A DNA stretch of 64,000 bases from NCBI GenBank assembly GCA_963717145.1, contig OY970325.1:2592001-2656000 (forward strand). Reading direction: 5' to 3'. This DNA is from an uncultured Armatimonadetes bacterium (GTDB taxonomy: Bacteria > Armatimonadota > UBA5829 > DTJY01). The notes below the pieces were generated by a model, which worked only from the letters and a program-made list of their open reading frames with translations, ran no database searches and had not been told where the DNA came from. The position numbers were made by a program, and so were the translations under genes. Positions 9,396-20,563 of the stretch are shown piece by piece (within the stretch, counting starts at the first letter, position 1; each line of letters opens with the position of its first letter).

Positions 9396-11760
9396 TTACA
9401 CTTCGCAGGCGAGATGCTCGGCCTTGTCGATCTGTTCCGCCGAGCCCATGACGACCAGTTCGTCGCCCTCGCGGATCTCAAAGTCCGCCTCAGGATTCAG
9501 GAACCCGTCACTTCCACGGCGCTTGACCCCGAGGATGAGGACTCCCGTACTCTGCCGGATGCCGCTGTCCTTGATCGTCGTGCCAATCAGACAGGATTCC
9601 GGCGACACCGTCAGATCACCGATATCCATCTCCCCATGCTCGCTTCTGACCAGAAAGTCGAGAAAGTCCATAGCTCGAGGCTTGAGCGCCGCTGCGGCCA
9701 TGCGGCGGCCTCCAAGGATATACGGAGACATCACGCGGTCCGCGCCGGCCCTCCTCAGCTTGTCCTCGTTCTCTTCGAGTATCGAGCGGGCAACGATGAA
9801 CAGGTCGGGGTTCAGGCCTCGGGCCGTGAGCACGATGAAGACGTTCTCTTCGTCGGATGCGGCAACGGCGATCAGCCCCTTCGCCCGCTCGATTCCCGCG
9901 GCGATGAGCACCCCATCTTCACTCGCCTTGCCCTCGACGTAAGGCACGTTCTGCTCGATGAGCCTCGGCAACTGCACGGGATTCGATTCTACGACGACGT
10001 GCGGCATGCCTCTGTGTCTGAAGTCCTTCACGATCTGCTGGCCCATCCGGCCATACCCGCAGACTATGTAGTGATTCGAGATCTCAGCAATGGTCCTCTC
10101 CATTTTGCGCCTCCTCTGGAGTTCATCCGCCTCTGCGATACGCTCGACAGCATGCACGGCGGCATCGATGAATGGTACGAAAACGATCTCAGCATCCGGG
10201 TAAGCATCACACTCGTCCTGCGAATGTGTGGTCACGGCTATACTTCCCTTGTAGCCATGGTTTCTAAGTGCGTGCATCAGGGCTCGGTTCACGGCGCGAT
10301 CAGGAATCGTGCTTATCACCCATCGCGCGTCGGCAAGCGGAAGGGAGGAGGGAAACTCAAGGTCCTCAGCGTCGCCGAACCATGCGGGCCAACCTCTCTC
10401 GTTCCAGTGCCTGACAGCCTCCGGATCGAAGTCGATTCCGAGCAATGTCCGTCCACGGTCAACCAGCGGTCCGCCAATCGCTGATCCATAGCGTCCAAGG
10501 CCGAACACGACCACGTCAGCGGGACGGCGCAGGCCGTGTTCCTCGACGAATCCCTGCTCATCTGTGGGGATCTTTCGCTGGAAGATATTCAGATAGGGCG
10601 AAAGCTTCTCGAACAGCACCTCCGAATAGAGGATCATGTAGGTCGAAAGGCCGATGGTGATCAGGCCGACCAGGGTTATCAGACCCACTACCTCGGGCCC
10701 GATATGACCGAGCTGCAGTCCCAACGCGGCAAGAATCAGTGAGAACTCGCTGATCTGCGCGATAAGGACACCGGACAGGAACCCCGTCCGCTTCCGATAA
10801 CCCATGAAGCCCATGATGACCATCATGATCAGCGGATTGCCGATCAGCACGAACAGGGAAAGCGGAATGGCAGCCCACATCTGCGTTCCGAGCGCCAACA
10901 GATCGAGGCGTATACCGAGGTCGATGAAGAAGAAGAGAAGCAGGAAATCGCGGAGGCTGACGAGCCTCGCCCCCAGGATCTCACGGTACTCGGTTGATGC
11001 GAGCGACACCCCGGCAAGGAACGCACCGACCTCCCTGCTGAAACCGAGCGCGTCACTGAGACTCGCCAGTCCGACCGCCCATGCGATCGCGAACAAGACT
11101 AGGAGTTCGGCGGACCGAGCGAGCGCGCCGAGAAGCCTCGGCAGCACGAAGATCATCAGCAGACCGAGACCGGCAAACAAGGCAGTCCCACGAGCGATCA
11201 CTATCAAGAGCTTCAGTCCAAGGCCGCCATTGTTCCCACCGAACGCGGTCAAGCCTATCATGATAAGCACGACCACCAGGTCCTGTACGATGAGCAGACC
11301 GATGGCTATGCGCCCGTGCAGGGAATCGGTCTCACGCTTGTCCGACAGCAGCTTGATGATGATGATGGTGCTCGAGAAGGTGAGCGCGATAGCCACGTAG
11401 AGCGCGGGCACAGGCGACAGACCGAGCGCCCGGCCCAGCACATAACCCAGTGCGGTCGTGAAGACCACCTGTTCCAGGCCGGTTGCCAGTGCAACCTTTC
11501 CCATTCTGCGGATCAGCCCCACGTCCAGCCTGAGTCCCACGACAAACAGGAGCAACGCAAGTCCCAGCTCTGCAAGGAGGTGGATCTGCTCGGTCTCCCT
11601 CACCCACCCCAAGACCCGATGGGCCGACCAGGATACCCAGCGCGATGAACCCCGCCAGAAGAGGCTGACGCAGGCGCAGAGCAACAGCTCCCAAAGCTGC
11701 GGCCAGCAGAAGCAGGGCAACGAATTCATTGAAGGGATTGGACAGGAAACCTTCAGACAT
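9396..11760 (-). CDS. CPA2/Kef-type cation:proton antiporter with two RCK-N and one RCK-C domains; 1-nt frameshift in a G-run near 11608
   Basis: True N-terminus MSEGFLSNPF..LRQPLLAGFIALGILVGPSGLG joins WVRETEQIHLLAELG; LTFSSTIII, AQISEFS, VFGLGRYG, VCGYGRMG, TrkA-C. Confidence 0.85.
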
Positions 11761-11907
11761 ATCGGTGACTCATCTCGCGCAAGGCGGTCTCTGCATCGGG
11801 ATTATACCCTGGTGAAGCGCCCACGGTCAAAACGCTGAAGAGGAAAGCGCATCGGTCGCACACCCCTCGCATGCACGAATGCATTGGGAGTGCGAGGAGG
11901 AGTCGCC

Positions 11908-11936
11908 TTGACTGGAAAGAGGCCCGGGCCTATACT
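11908..11936 (+). promoter_or_regulatory. Sigma70-type promoter
   Basis: TTGACT-N17-TATACT, 43 nt before ATG 11980. Confidence 0.65.
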
Positions 11937-11979
11937 GATGACTGCTCCCGTTCGAGCGCAGCACACACGGAGGAAACGC

Positions 11980-12843
11980 ATGTACCCGTCCGCACGCGAT
12001 CATATCGTTCTGGCCGGCTGGCCCACCATCAAAGAGGGACTCGACGCGCTCGGCTTCGATGCCGTCGAAATGGAGTTCACGGGCGAGCGCTCGGTCTTCA
12101 CCGTCGACGGCCCGAGAGAGCGGATCACTCTCGATGAGGCGGGGATCAAGCGCTTCAGCAAACAGCTCGATGACTGTGGGATCAGAGTCTCGGCGCTGAT
12201 GATGTCGAACAACTTCGCCAATCCAGACCTGGATTTCGAGGTAAACTGGACCGTCGACGCGATCAAGGCCGCCGATGCGCTCGGAATACCGGCGGTCCGG
12301 ATCGACGCCATGATGCACGGTGAGGAGGAGACGCCGCCCGAGACGAACATCAGGGTCTTCTCGCAAGCCATGCGCCGCGTGCTCGATGCGACATCCGACT
12401 CGAAAGTCGATCTCGGCATCGAGAATCATGGCTACCAGGGCAACCGCCCGGACTTCCTCGAAGCGGTCTTCGCGGCGGTCGGCTCTCCCCGGCTCGGGCT
12501 CACCATCGACACGGGAAACTTCTACTGGTACGGGTGGCCGCTCTCCCGCGTCTACGAGATCATCGAGCAGTTCGCGCCCCACTGCAAGCACACGCATGCC
12601 AAGAATATCAGCTATCCGGTGGAGATGCGCGAGACCCAGCGCGAGGTCGGTCTCGAGTATGGCAAGTACGTTGCGACCATGGCCGAGGGCGATATCGACC
12701 ACAAGCGGGTCGTGGGGATACTCAAGGCCGCGGGGTATGACCGCGACCTCTGCCTCGAGGATGAGTCGCTCGGGAAGTTTGCGCGCGAGGAATGGCAGAA
12801 GGTCCTGAAGGCCGACGCGGCGTACTTCCGGTCGGTGTTGTAG
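11980..12843 (+). CDS. Sugar phosphate isomerase/epimerase (xylose isomerase-like TIM barrel)
   Basis: GGAGG RBS; GIENHG, DTGNF, HTHAK, GDID, LCLE. Confidence 0.85.
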   Translation: MYPSARDHIVLAGWPTIKEGLDALGFDAVEMEFTGERSVFTVDGPRERITLDEAGIKRFSKQLDDCGIRVSALMMSNNFANPDLDFEVNWTVDAIKAADALGIPAVRIDAMMHGEEETPPETNIRVFSQAMRRVLDATSDSKVDLGIENHGYQGNRPDFLEAVFAAVGSPRLGLTIDTGNFYWYGWPLSRVYEIIEQFAPHCKHTHAKNISYPVEMRETQREVGLEYGKYVATMAEGDIDHKRVVGILKAAGYDRDLCLEDESLGKFAREEWQKVLKADAAYFRSVL

Positions 12844-12880
12844 CCAGGAACGAGAGCGAGGCGTGCCGGAGGACGACAAG

Positions 12881-13597
12881 ATGCCAGTTGAGCACACTAT
12901 CGACCAAGCTAAGGAGACCACTCGAAGATATGCGGCCGAACGTTTTCCGAAAGCCTCGGTCGTGCTACTCGCCGGCAGTTGGGCGGGAGGGACCGCTCAT
13001 GCTGATTCCGATCTGGACATTGTGATCATCGACGAAACCGTCGACCGGGTCTTCTTTGAGGGCACGGAGTACGGAGATTGGATTATCGAGGTGTGTGCCG
13101 TCCATCCGTCTCACGCGGAGTCCTTCTTCAGTGATTCGTCCAGGCACCGCAGTGCTCCCATTCCACACCAGGTTTCCGATTCGACGCTCGTTGCAGGTGA
13201 TCCGACGCTTGCAGATCGGGTACGCAAGCTCGCAACTGATGCTCTGACCCGTGGACCGGAACCCATCTCTGATGCAGACCGGCTGGAAGCAAGGTACAAC
13301 CTTACTCTGCTGCGTCAAAACCTTGTGCATTCATCAGCAGATGCCTTGCCCGCACTCGCCGCCTATGCACATGTTCAGCTATCAAGAGCTGCTCTCGACG
13401 CCGCAAGACGTTGGAGGGCAGAGCGCAAGGCTCTCCGCAGCGCGGTGATGGAACTCGATCCGTATCTCGCCAGACATCTTGATGATGCTCTTGCTGATGC
13501 AATCCACGGAGAGCCAACCCACATGATAGAAGCGTGCAGCAGGGTGCTGTGTGTGCTCGGTGGACCTCTGAGAACCTACGAGCGTTTTGCGGCATGA
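12881..13597 (+). CDS. Nucleotidyltransferase-domain protein
   Basis: LAGSWAGGTAHADSDLDIV (GS-x10-DxD); GGAGG before ATG 12881. Confidence 0.75.
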   Translation: MPVEHTIDQAKETTRRYAAERFPKASVVLLAGSWAGGTAHADSDLDIVIIDETVDRVFFEGTEYGDWIIEVCAVHPSHAESFFSDSSRHRSAPIPHQVSDSTLVAGDPTLADRVRKLATDALTRGPEPISDADRLEARYNLTLLRQNLVHSSADALPALAAYAHVQLSRAALDAARRWRAERKALRSAVMELDPYLARHLDDALADAIHGEPTHMIEACSRVLCVLGGPLRTYERFAA

Positions 13598-13602
13598 CGG
13601 CG

Positions 13603-15795
13603 TCATCTGCCTTGCAGCGAGGTGATGAGTGTCAAACGCGCATGGTCGGCCGCAACGGGATCGGCCGGCGACTTGAGGACGGATTCAACGGCGCGAGAGA
13701 TGACCGACTTGTCCACCCCGGACGACTCGCAGAGCTTGAGGAACGCGAAATCCTCGAGCCCGCGACGCCATGCCTCCCAGCGCCTGCTTGTGATCACACT
13801 GCCGTTTCCAGGATAGAACAGAGACGGATCGTAGGATGCCTGCGCCTGATGACGGTTCCACGGATCGCCGTAGTGCTGGGTCGCGGTCCAGTACCCGAAT
13901 AGGCCGTCGAGTCCCTCCGAATAGGCATACCAGAAGTCCCAGAGATAGTGGCCATAGGAATCCTGCGCCTTCTCGTTCGATCCCTCGCTGTAGAAGTAGA
14001 ACCCGAGCGGCTTCCCGTTGGACTTTAAGTAAGCAATGCTTTCCTTATTACCCTCCGACCTGAACGCCTTGAAATGCGGCACCCAGTGGTCGGTCACGGC
14101 ATCCGCCGCTTTCACCTCATCGAGGCTCGATCCGATGGTATCGGCGATGATCTTGATCTTCGGGTCCACAGCCTTGATGAGCCGGGCGATGGCGAGGTAG
14201 CGCGCGTCGATGCTCTCGTCCACGGGATTGATGCAGTAGTCATCGTACGAGAGGCCCATGTCTCGGAGCACGCCGGCCATCTCTGTCACGACCTTCTTGA
14301 ACGCGATCCGCCAGCCGGGACTGTCGAACTTGCCGTTGTAGATAGGACGCTCGGCGGCCTTCTCCCAGACGTCCACGGAGATGTACAGCTTGCGTCCCGG
14401 CTTCCACTTGAGGGCAACTTGCTCGCGAAACTTGCTCCAGTCCGTCGGCTCGAGCAGATTGCCCTCATCATCAGCCCTCGGACGAGGCATGTAGCGCAGA
14501 CCCATGATCCAGAACACGGTGATCCCATGGTCGAGCATGGTCTGCATGTACCCATCCAACAGCCCGCGCTCCTCGGCATCGCCGAGAAAGTCCCACGTGA
14601 ACGAGAGGGGTTTCTCCAATGTCTTGGGCGGCGAGATGACCTCGACCGACAGCTTGACCTGGGTATCCTTCTTCGACGCAGTCAGCGGACTGATCGTGAG
14701 CGTTCCTTCATACTTGCCGGCCTTGTCGCCACGGAAGTTGAGCCATATCTGTCTCGTCTCATGTGCCGGGATGGTGATCTGGCCGATCGGGTCGGGCGGC
14801 ACGAGCGCATCGGGATAGGCCCTGCCATCAGCGGTACGAACGAACGTCGGGAGCAGGATCTCCACCGCGCCCTCGGGCATTCCATCGAGCAGTATACGCG
14901 CCGAAAGCGTCTCATCGGTGAGGTTCGATACCATCAGCGCCCTCGATTCAGTCTGCCCGACGAGAACCAGCGCATCGAGTCGCTCCACCTGCTTATCGAC
15001 CGACGACGTATCCATCCGCGCCTGATAATGCTTCCAGGGCGAGGTCTCCCAGACGAGGCAGTCCGCGTCGCCCCCGAGGCGAGTCTGAGCGGTGACCGCG
15101 ACTTCCGCGTCCCTGCGCGCTTTGTCCGCGGGGCTGCCGAAGACGATCTCCCCGAAAGCGCCCGGTGCATCGAAACTGCCCATCGTCGCGTTCCAGCACG
15201 ATAACTCGTTCGACGGCTGCTCCTCACGACAGAAGTTCCCGAGCCAGTGATCGCCGGGCTTCGGGCGATCGGCTCCGAGTTCGCTGAACGGAATGCGGAT
15301 CTCGAGGGTCCATCCCGTCTTTGTGGTCTGCGCCTTCGCGTCCCACTTGGGGTTGAAGCCATAGGAATCGCTCCCCAGACCATCGTATTTCGTCCCGATG
15401 GTGTTGGCGAGGAACTGGTGGTAACTCGCGGCGTCGGCTTTGGGATCGAGGAAGATATCAGCAGCGTCGTCGTCCCATACGTTCGAATCGTGCCCGGTCA
15501 CTGCGGCTTTGAGGGCCGGCATATCGCTCTCACGGCACTTGTAGGCGATGTAGAGCGCGGACTGGTCGTAGAGCAGCAGCACCTCGGTCTGGTTGCGGAT
15601 CTCGCGCGCCTTCATCTGGTGCTCGAACGAGGGAATTCGTGCGGCGGTCCGCCAGGCGGCGTCGGTGAGACGGCCGTCTATCCGAATCGAGACCGCGGTG
15701 AGTGGGACAAACACGACCTTGGTCGGGGCGCTGTGGACGATGGTGGCAAGGGAAAGCATCAGGGCGAGGGAGGCGATCAGCAGGGATCTGCGCAT
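13603..15795 (-). CDS. Secreted CBM9-like plus DUF4091-like putative glycoside hydrolase
   Basis: Signal MRRSLLIASLAL; IDGRLTDAAW, VWDDDAADIFLDP, WTLEIRIPF; C-terminal PVDE, SRRWEAWRRGLEDF. Confidence 0.75.
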   Translation of the reverse strand: MRRSLLIASLALMLSLATIVHSAPTKVVFVPLTAVSIRIDGRLTDAAWRTAARIPSFEHQMKAREIRNQTEVLLLYDQSALYIAYKCRESDMPALKAAVTGHDSNVWDDDAADIFLDPKADAASYHQFLANTIGTKYDGLGSDSYGFNPKWDAKAQTTKTGWTLEIRIPFSELGADRPKPGDHWLGNFCREEQPSNELSCWNATMGSFDAPGAFGEIVFGSPADKARRDAEVAVTAQTRLGGDADCLVWETSPWKHYQARMDTSSVDKQVERLDALVLVGQTESRALMVSNLTDETLSARILLDGMPEGAVEILLPTFVRTADGRAYPDALVPPDPIGQITIPAHETRQIWLNFRGDKAGKYEGTLTISPLTASKKDTQVKLSVEVISPPKTLEKPLSFTWDFLGDAEERGLLDGYMQTMLDHGITVFWIMGLRYMPRPRADDEGNLLEPTDWSKFREQVALKWKPGRKLYISVDVWEKAAERPIYNGKFDSPGWRIAFKKVVTEMAGVLRDMGLSYDDYCINPVDESIDARYLAIARLIKAVDPKIKIIADTIGSSLDEVKAADAVTDHWVPHFKAFRSEGNKESIAYLKSNGKPLGFYFYSEGSNEKAQDSYGHYLWDFWYAYSEGLDGLFGYWTATQHYGDPWNRHQAQASYDPSLFYPGNGSVITSRRWEAWRRGLEDFAFLKLCESSGVDKSVISRAVESVLKSPADPVAADHARLTLITSLQGR

Positions 15796-15802
15796 GTTGG
15801 GG

Positions 15803-15997
15803 CTACTCACGATAGCGGGCCATGAAGCCCAGGAAGGAGATGAGGACCACCAATATCGACGCGCCGACGACCGCGCGGACCCACACGGGGTGGTCCAGGT
15901 TCCCAATCCGGTCCACCACCAGTGCAGCACCGCCGACCAGTATGCCAATGAACAGAAGCACAACCCATCCGGCGCTCGGTGAACCATCGCGTTTCAT
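15803..15997 (-). CDS. Small two-TM membrane protein
   Basis: Two hydrophobic helices, GAGG RBS, co-oriented in operon. Confidence 0.55.
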   Translation of the reverse strand: MKRDGSPSAGWVVLLFIGILVGGAALVVDRIGNLDHPVWVRAVVGASILVVLISFLGFMARYRE

Positions 15998-16069
15998 CGT
16001 CAGCCTCGATCTAACCATCGCTCGTTCGTCGTCCTCACTTGCCTTGGGAAACAGGATACCACAGACCGC

Positions 16070-17629
16070 TCACCGGTGCAATACAGTGTTTTGATAGACA
16101 GCGATATTTTCCACTCGAAACACTGGAATCATCGCTGAACGCAGATCGGCACTGCTGAGCTGGCCGTAATCGACTGTATATGCTATACCATGTTTGCGCA
16201 GGAAAACAGCACGTTGTTCCGCATCATCCGCCTCGCTGAAGAACGCCATGACTTCCCGAAGCTTGTCCGCAAATCGAGCGGTTTCGCCCCAGTGGCCGCA
16301 GTAGACACGTCTGCCTGTGTATGCGGGCACGAGCGACGAGAACCACGGCTGAGCGAGGATGACATCGTTCTGCGCGGCATGGGTCCGCAGGTATTCCAGT
16401 GCCGCGAGTTCATTCGCCGAGATGAACGGCGCATGAGCGGTCGTGTGCGCCTCGTCCGCGATTATCCGGGCCATGTCCCTCGCCATGAACACGGCATTCG
16501 ACGGCATCAGCAAGATAACCAGGAGTGCCGCCATCCCGATCGATGCCGAGCCCCGCACGTTTGAGGCAATGATGGCCAGCCCGACTCCCGCCAGGATGCT
16601 CAGCGGGATGTGGATGCCCATGATGAGCTTCCGCTGGAACGACACGGGCAGATACGCCGCCCCGATCGAGGCAACAATCCAGCAGATCAGGAGCGCCCAG
16701 TCGGCTTTCTCGGCCCGGAGACGCTTTACCCCAAGCGCCGCCAGTGGGATCAAGAGCCCGAATCCCAACAGGTAGAATACGATCGACGGTGAGAGCGTCG
16801 GCACGTCTGCACGAATGCGAAAGACCGGCTCGTGGAGATATGTGTACACCTGATACGCGGCGGACGGCGCGCCGATCACCGCCGCGATCAACCCGCCAAA
16901 CGCCGGCCGCGGGTTCCTTCGCAGGAGTGAGACACATGCATACAGCACCCACGCGATGCCGAGCGGTATCAGGTCGTAAGTGTGAACGTTGCCAAGGATA
17001 AGCAGCAGCCCGCCTGCCATCAGGGCGTAGCGCATCCGGCCTGTCAGGCCGTGCAGATAGAGCAGGTACAGGCTACCGAGCATCAGAATCAGAGAAAAAC
17101 TGAACAGCGGGCTCAGATAGATGCTCAGGAACGTGAGCGCCTCCGGTTGCCACAGATCGACAGAGCGGTGGAATCCCTCACCTACCGGGACCAGCCATCC
17201 GATCCCCGACGAAAGCCCAGCCACAAGCAGGACCAGTCGCCTGGTCCGGATGTCCGAGATCCAGAGACGGGAGAAAGCATAGATCAGGAGCAACAGCCCG
17301 ACGCCGAACACGACCCGTGCCAGATGGAACACCGCTATCAACGGCAGGTGCGTCACTCCCGCGAACCGTCCGAGCGCATAGAACAGCAGGTTGAAGTTGT
17401 GCCCGAGCTGTGGCTCAGTTGTGAACAGGTTGCGCGCGAAGAATTGACCGTCGGCCGCCTGACGCATCCACGACTGGTACACCAGGGCGTCATCGACGTT
17501 ATACGTCAACCCGATGAAGCTGTACCCCGGCGGCGCCACCGCATACCCGAACAGATACGGTATGCTCGCGAGGAAGACGATCCCCGTCGAGACGAGCAGC
17601 GCCCATTTCCACTCGCGAGCAGCGGTCAT
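16070..17629 (-). CDS. Polytopic membrane protein, GT-C glycosyltransferase-like
   Basis: About 12 TM segments, acidic first loop (YNVDDALVY), C-terminal soluble domain; overlaps upstream gene by 4 nt. Confidence 0.6.
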   Translation of the reverse strand: MTAAREWKWALLVSTGIVFLASIPYLFGYAVAPPGYSFIGLTYNVDDALVYQSWMRQAADGQFFARNLFTTEPQLGHNFNLLFYALGRFAGVTHLPLIAVFHLARVVFGVGLLLLIYAFSRLWISDIRTRRLVLLVAGLSSGIGWLVPVGEGFHRSVDLWQPEALTFLSIYLSPLFSFSLILMLGSLYLLYLHGLTGRMRYALMAGGLLLILGNVHTYDLIPLGIAWVLYACVSLLRRNPRPAFGGLIAAVIGAPSAAYQVYTYLHEPVFRIRADVPTLSPSIVFYLLGFGLLIPLAALGVKRLRAEKADWALLICWIVASIGAAYLPVSFQRKLIMGIHIPLSILAGVGLAIIASNVRGSASIGMAALLVILLMPSNAVFMARDMARIIADEAHTTAHAPFISANELAALEYLRTHAAQNDVILAQPWFSSLVPAYTGRRVYCGHWGETARFADKLREVMAFFSEADDAEQRAVFLRKHGIAYTVDYGQLSSADLRSAMIPVFRVENIAVYQNTVLHR

Positions 17630-20054
17630 GGCCTGCCTCCTCGCAAGCGCAATCCATACGCCACGCCGGTCACCAGCACGAGGAAGAACCCCACGGAGGC
17701 CAGACGCAGACCGTTCTTGAACGACTGCGGCTCGAAGGAGAATGTGACCAGGTGTCGGCCCTTGGGGACGGCGACGCCTCGGAAGCAGTAGTCCACACGC
17801 ATGACAGGGAGTTGTTTGCCATCGATGCGGGCGACCCAGCCGGGGTAATACTGGTCTGTCAGCACCAGGAGGCCGGGCGCATCCGGAGTGATAGCGTAGA
17901 TGGCAACCGTGTTGCAGGTGTAGGCGCGCACCAAGGCTACGCCGGACGATACAGGGTCTTGACCCAGGGCGATTGGTGTGCTCTCATCCACCAATGCCAC
18001 AGACCGCAGATTCGTTCCCCCGCGAGCAATGAGCTCGAGCGATTCCGGGTCCGTCGTCCGACGCGCCTGGTACACCAGGAAAGCCCTTGGGAGGGTGCTC
18101 CTGTTCTCATATGCGTAAAATCCGGACGAGAGTTCCAGGGCATCGGCACTTTTCCTTGTGCAAATCACATAACGCACGCCGAGCAGGTCGCGCACGGAGG
18201 GTGACATCTCCCTCGCGAAGACCATGTTCCCATTCTCAGGAGGACTGGAATCGCGGCCGGCGCCGGCATCCAGGAGGCGCTTGAACCGCATGGGATACAG
18301 CGAATCGTATCCCTGAACGTCGAGCAGCCCATAGGCCGTGGCGGCATTCGGCGGTAGGACACCCTTGGGGAAGCTGCGAAGGCGCCACCGATCGTTCATC
18401 GGCATGATGCGGTGATCGCCTGCCAGTTGCCGGAGTCTCGTAATCGCCTGCGACTCGGGATATACCTCGCTCCTGGCGCTGAACAGATTGTACCCCAAGC
18501 CGAACACGAGCAGATCCACGGCCAGGAGTCCGATTGCCATACCCCCCGCGATATGCGGTTTCAGTCGCCCGGACGCCGCGACGAGTGCGATCACCACTCC
18601 AAGCACGAGGAACACCAGCGCCGTCATGACCGGTGTGTATGCCGACGCTAGGAATCCGTCCCCGATATCGGCGCAATGCCTTGCACTGAGCTTACGTTGA
18701 CGAAAAACAGGATCAGGCCGACGATCAGCAATCCAGCGGCTGACCCGAGGCAGATGCGACCGGACACTTTATCCCTGAGCGCGATGAGGCGATCGAGACC
18801 GATCGCGCCGAGCACAGTGACGGCGAAGGTGTAGAGGTAAAGTGCGCGTGCCGGCGAGCCGGAACGAGAGAATCCGGGCACAAGGAAGTAGAACAGACGA
18901 TTGATGCCTGTTCCCGTGACCATCAGCAGTGAAAGCGCGAGTATCGATGCGAAGAACAGGGCGTTGCGCCGTCCGTTGCCCTTGAATGCGAACGGCAGAA
19001 GGAGCAGCGGGAGCATGCCCAGGTAGCCACAGAACTCCGCGTACTCACCCGTCCCCCAGTAGTTGCCCTGCGTCGGATTGCCGTAGAAGTCCGGGACGAG
19101 CAGCCTGATCAGGTTTCCAGCCGGCACGGAGAGCGCGCTGTACGCATGGTACCCCTCGGCGGTCGGAGCGCCGTTCCCCCTGTGAGACAGGGACGCCAAC
19201 TCCATGGTCGGGAGAAGTTGAGGAGCGGCAAGGAGAAATCCGACGGCGAACACCAAGAGTGCCAATCCCAAGGCAAGGGAGGGCGAGGCTCCGTCCGAGC
19301 CGCGCGGCAGGTCCTCGTTCAAATCATGATGCGCGGCTCGGACGGAGCCTCGCCCTCCCTTGCGCGCGGTGGTGGCAAGGTAGACCCAGTACAGACACGT
19401 AGCCATCAGCCCGTAGAGCCATATCTGCGGGTGCCCGCCGAGCAGCGACAGCGCGATCGTTCCTCCGGCAAGTGAGGCGTGCAGGGCGGATCGTCGCTCC
19501 CAGGCCAAAGTGCTGAGGTAGAGAGTCAACGGAAGCCATACGCCGCTTGCCAACAGGACCGGAAGCTCCAGCCAGGTGACGGTCCACCCGCTGAGCATGA
19601 ATGCAACGCCGCCGAACGTTGCGGCGATCGCGCCAAGGCCGATCTTGCGAAGAAAAAGGTAAGTGAATGATCCGGCAGCGAAGAGGTGCAGAAACGCGAG
19701 CAGCCCAAACGTGATGTCCACGGGCAGGAGAGCAAACAACCAGTTTGGGGGATAGAGGACCGCCGATTGCGGGCTTGCCAGGAACGGCACGCCGCACATC
19801 TGGTACGGATTCCACAAGGGCAATTCGCCCAGTCCCCTGCTGAGGAGGGCTCTTGCCGGATAGAAGTAGGCGATTCCGTCCCAGGTCAGCGCGTCCCAGT
19901 GTACGTTGCGCACTGCAAAGTCGCCGGAAGCATTCCATGGGAGCATTCTTCCGAGCATGGAGGCGGGCAGAAGGACCTTGCCGGTCGCGAGCGGCCAGAG
20001 CAGGATCGCGGCCAGTATGACGAACACGACGAACGGTACCGACCGTCGGGCCAT
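17626..20054 (-). CDS. YfhO-family membrane protein; 1-nt frameshift near 18670; in-frame palindrome at 19273-19363
   Basis: LPLWNPYQMCGVPFLA, LYPPNWL, GGHPQ, LAAPQLLP, DVQGYDS, LPRAF, LTDQYYPGW, VPKGRHLVTFSFEP. Confidence 0.85.
19273..19363. repeat. Palindromic element (33-bp arms) translated inside yfhO-like gene
   Basis: GCAAGGGAGGGCGAGGCTCCGTCCGAGCCGCGC ... reverse complement; read as RKGGRGSVRAAHHDLNEDLPRGSDGASPSLA. Confidence 0.9.
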
Positions 20055-20056
20055 GG

Positions 20057-20458
20057 TTACCTACCTTGGCCGTACCCGACTCCTATCAGGCTCACTCCGA
20101 CACAGATCAACAGGAGTCCGGCGACCGTCACAGAGCTGACCCTCTCTTTGAGAAGCACCGACGACAGGATGACCACCACGACATAGCTGAGGCTGATCAT
20201 GGGATATGCGATGCTCAGACGCACCTGGCTGAGGATGTTCAGCCATATGATGGCACTGAGCCCATAGAGGGCGAATCCCAGGAAAACATATGGAGTGCAG
20301 ATAGCCCTCAGTGAACCGGTCAGGATGCCGGCCAGCCCCGGCCCCGCGCTCAGACCGCCGATGCAGTTCACCCCGTGCTTCAGGGACAACTGACCCGCCG
20401 ATCCAAGCACCACGTTGACCAGAATCAGCAGTATCGGAACGATTGATGGTTTCTCCAC
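20057..20458 (-). CDS. EamA/SMR-like small transporter (ArnE/ArnF-like flippase subunit)
   Basis: GGAGG then GTG; GQLSLKHG, LSIAYPMISLSYV, LKERVS; 4 TM. Confidence 0.75.
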   Translation of the reverse strand: MEKPSIVPILLILVNVVLGSAGQLSLKHGVNCIGGLSAGPGLAGILTGSLRAICTPYVFLGFALYGLSAIIWLNILSQVRLSIAYPMISLSYVVVVILSSVLLKERVSSVTVAGLLLICVGVSLIGVGYGQGR

Positions 20459-20494
20459 GATACCCCTCCATAAAAGATAAGCCCCGAGACCACT

Positions 20495-20523
20495 GGCGTG
20501 CATCCGGACTCCGGATGCACGCC
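20495..20523. repeat. Perfect palindrome with 1-nt centre
   Basis: GGCGTGCATCCGGA-C-TCCGGATGCACGCC. Confidence 0.8.
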
Positions 20524-20563
20524 CGGTCCCCAGGGCTGAAGGTTCATGTGATTGTGGCGGCGA

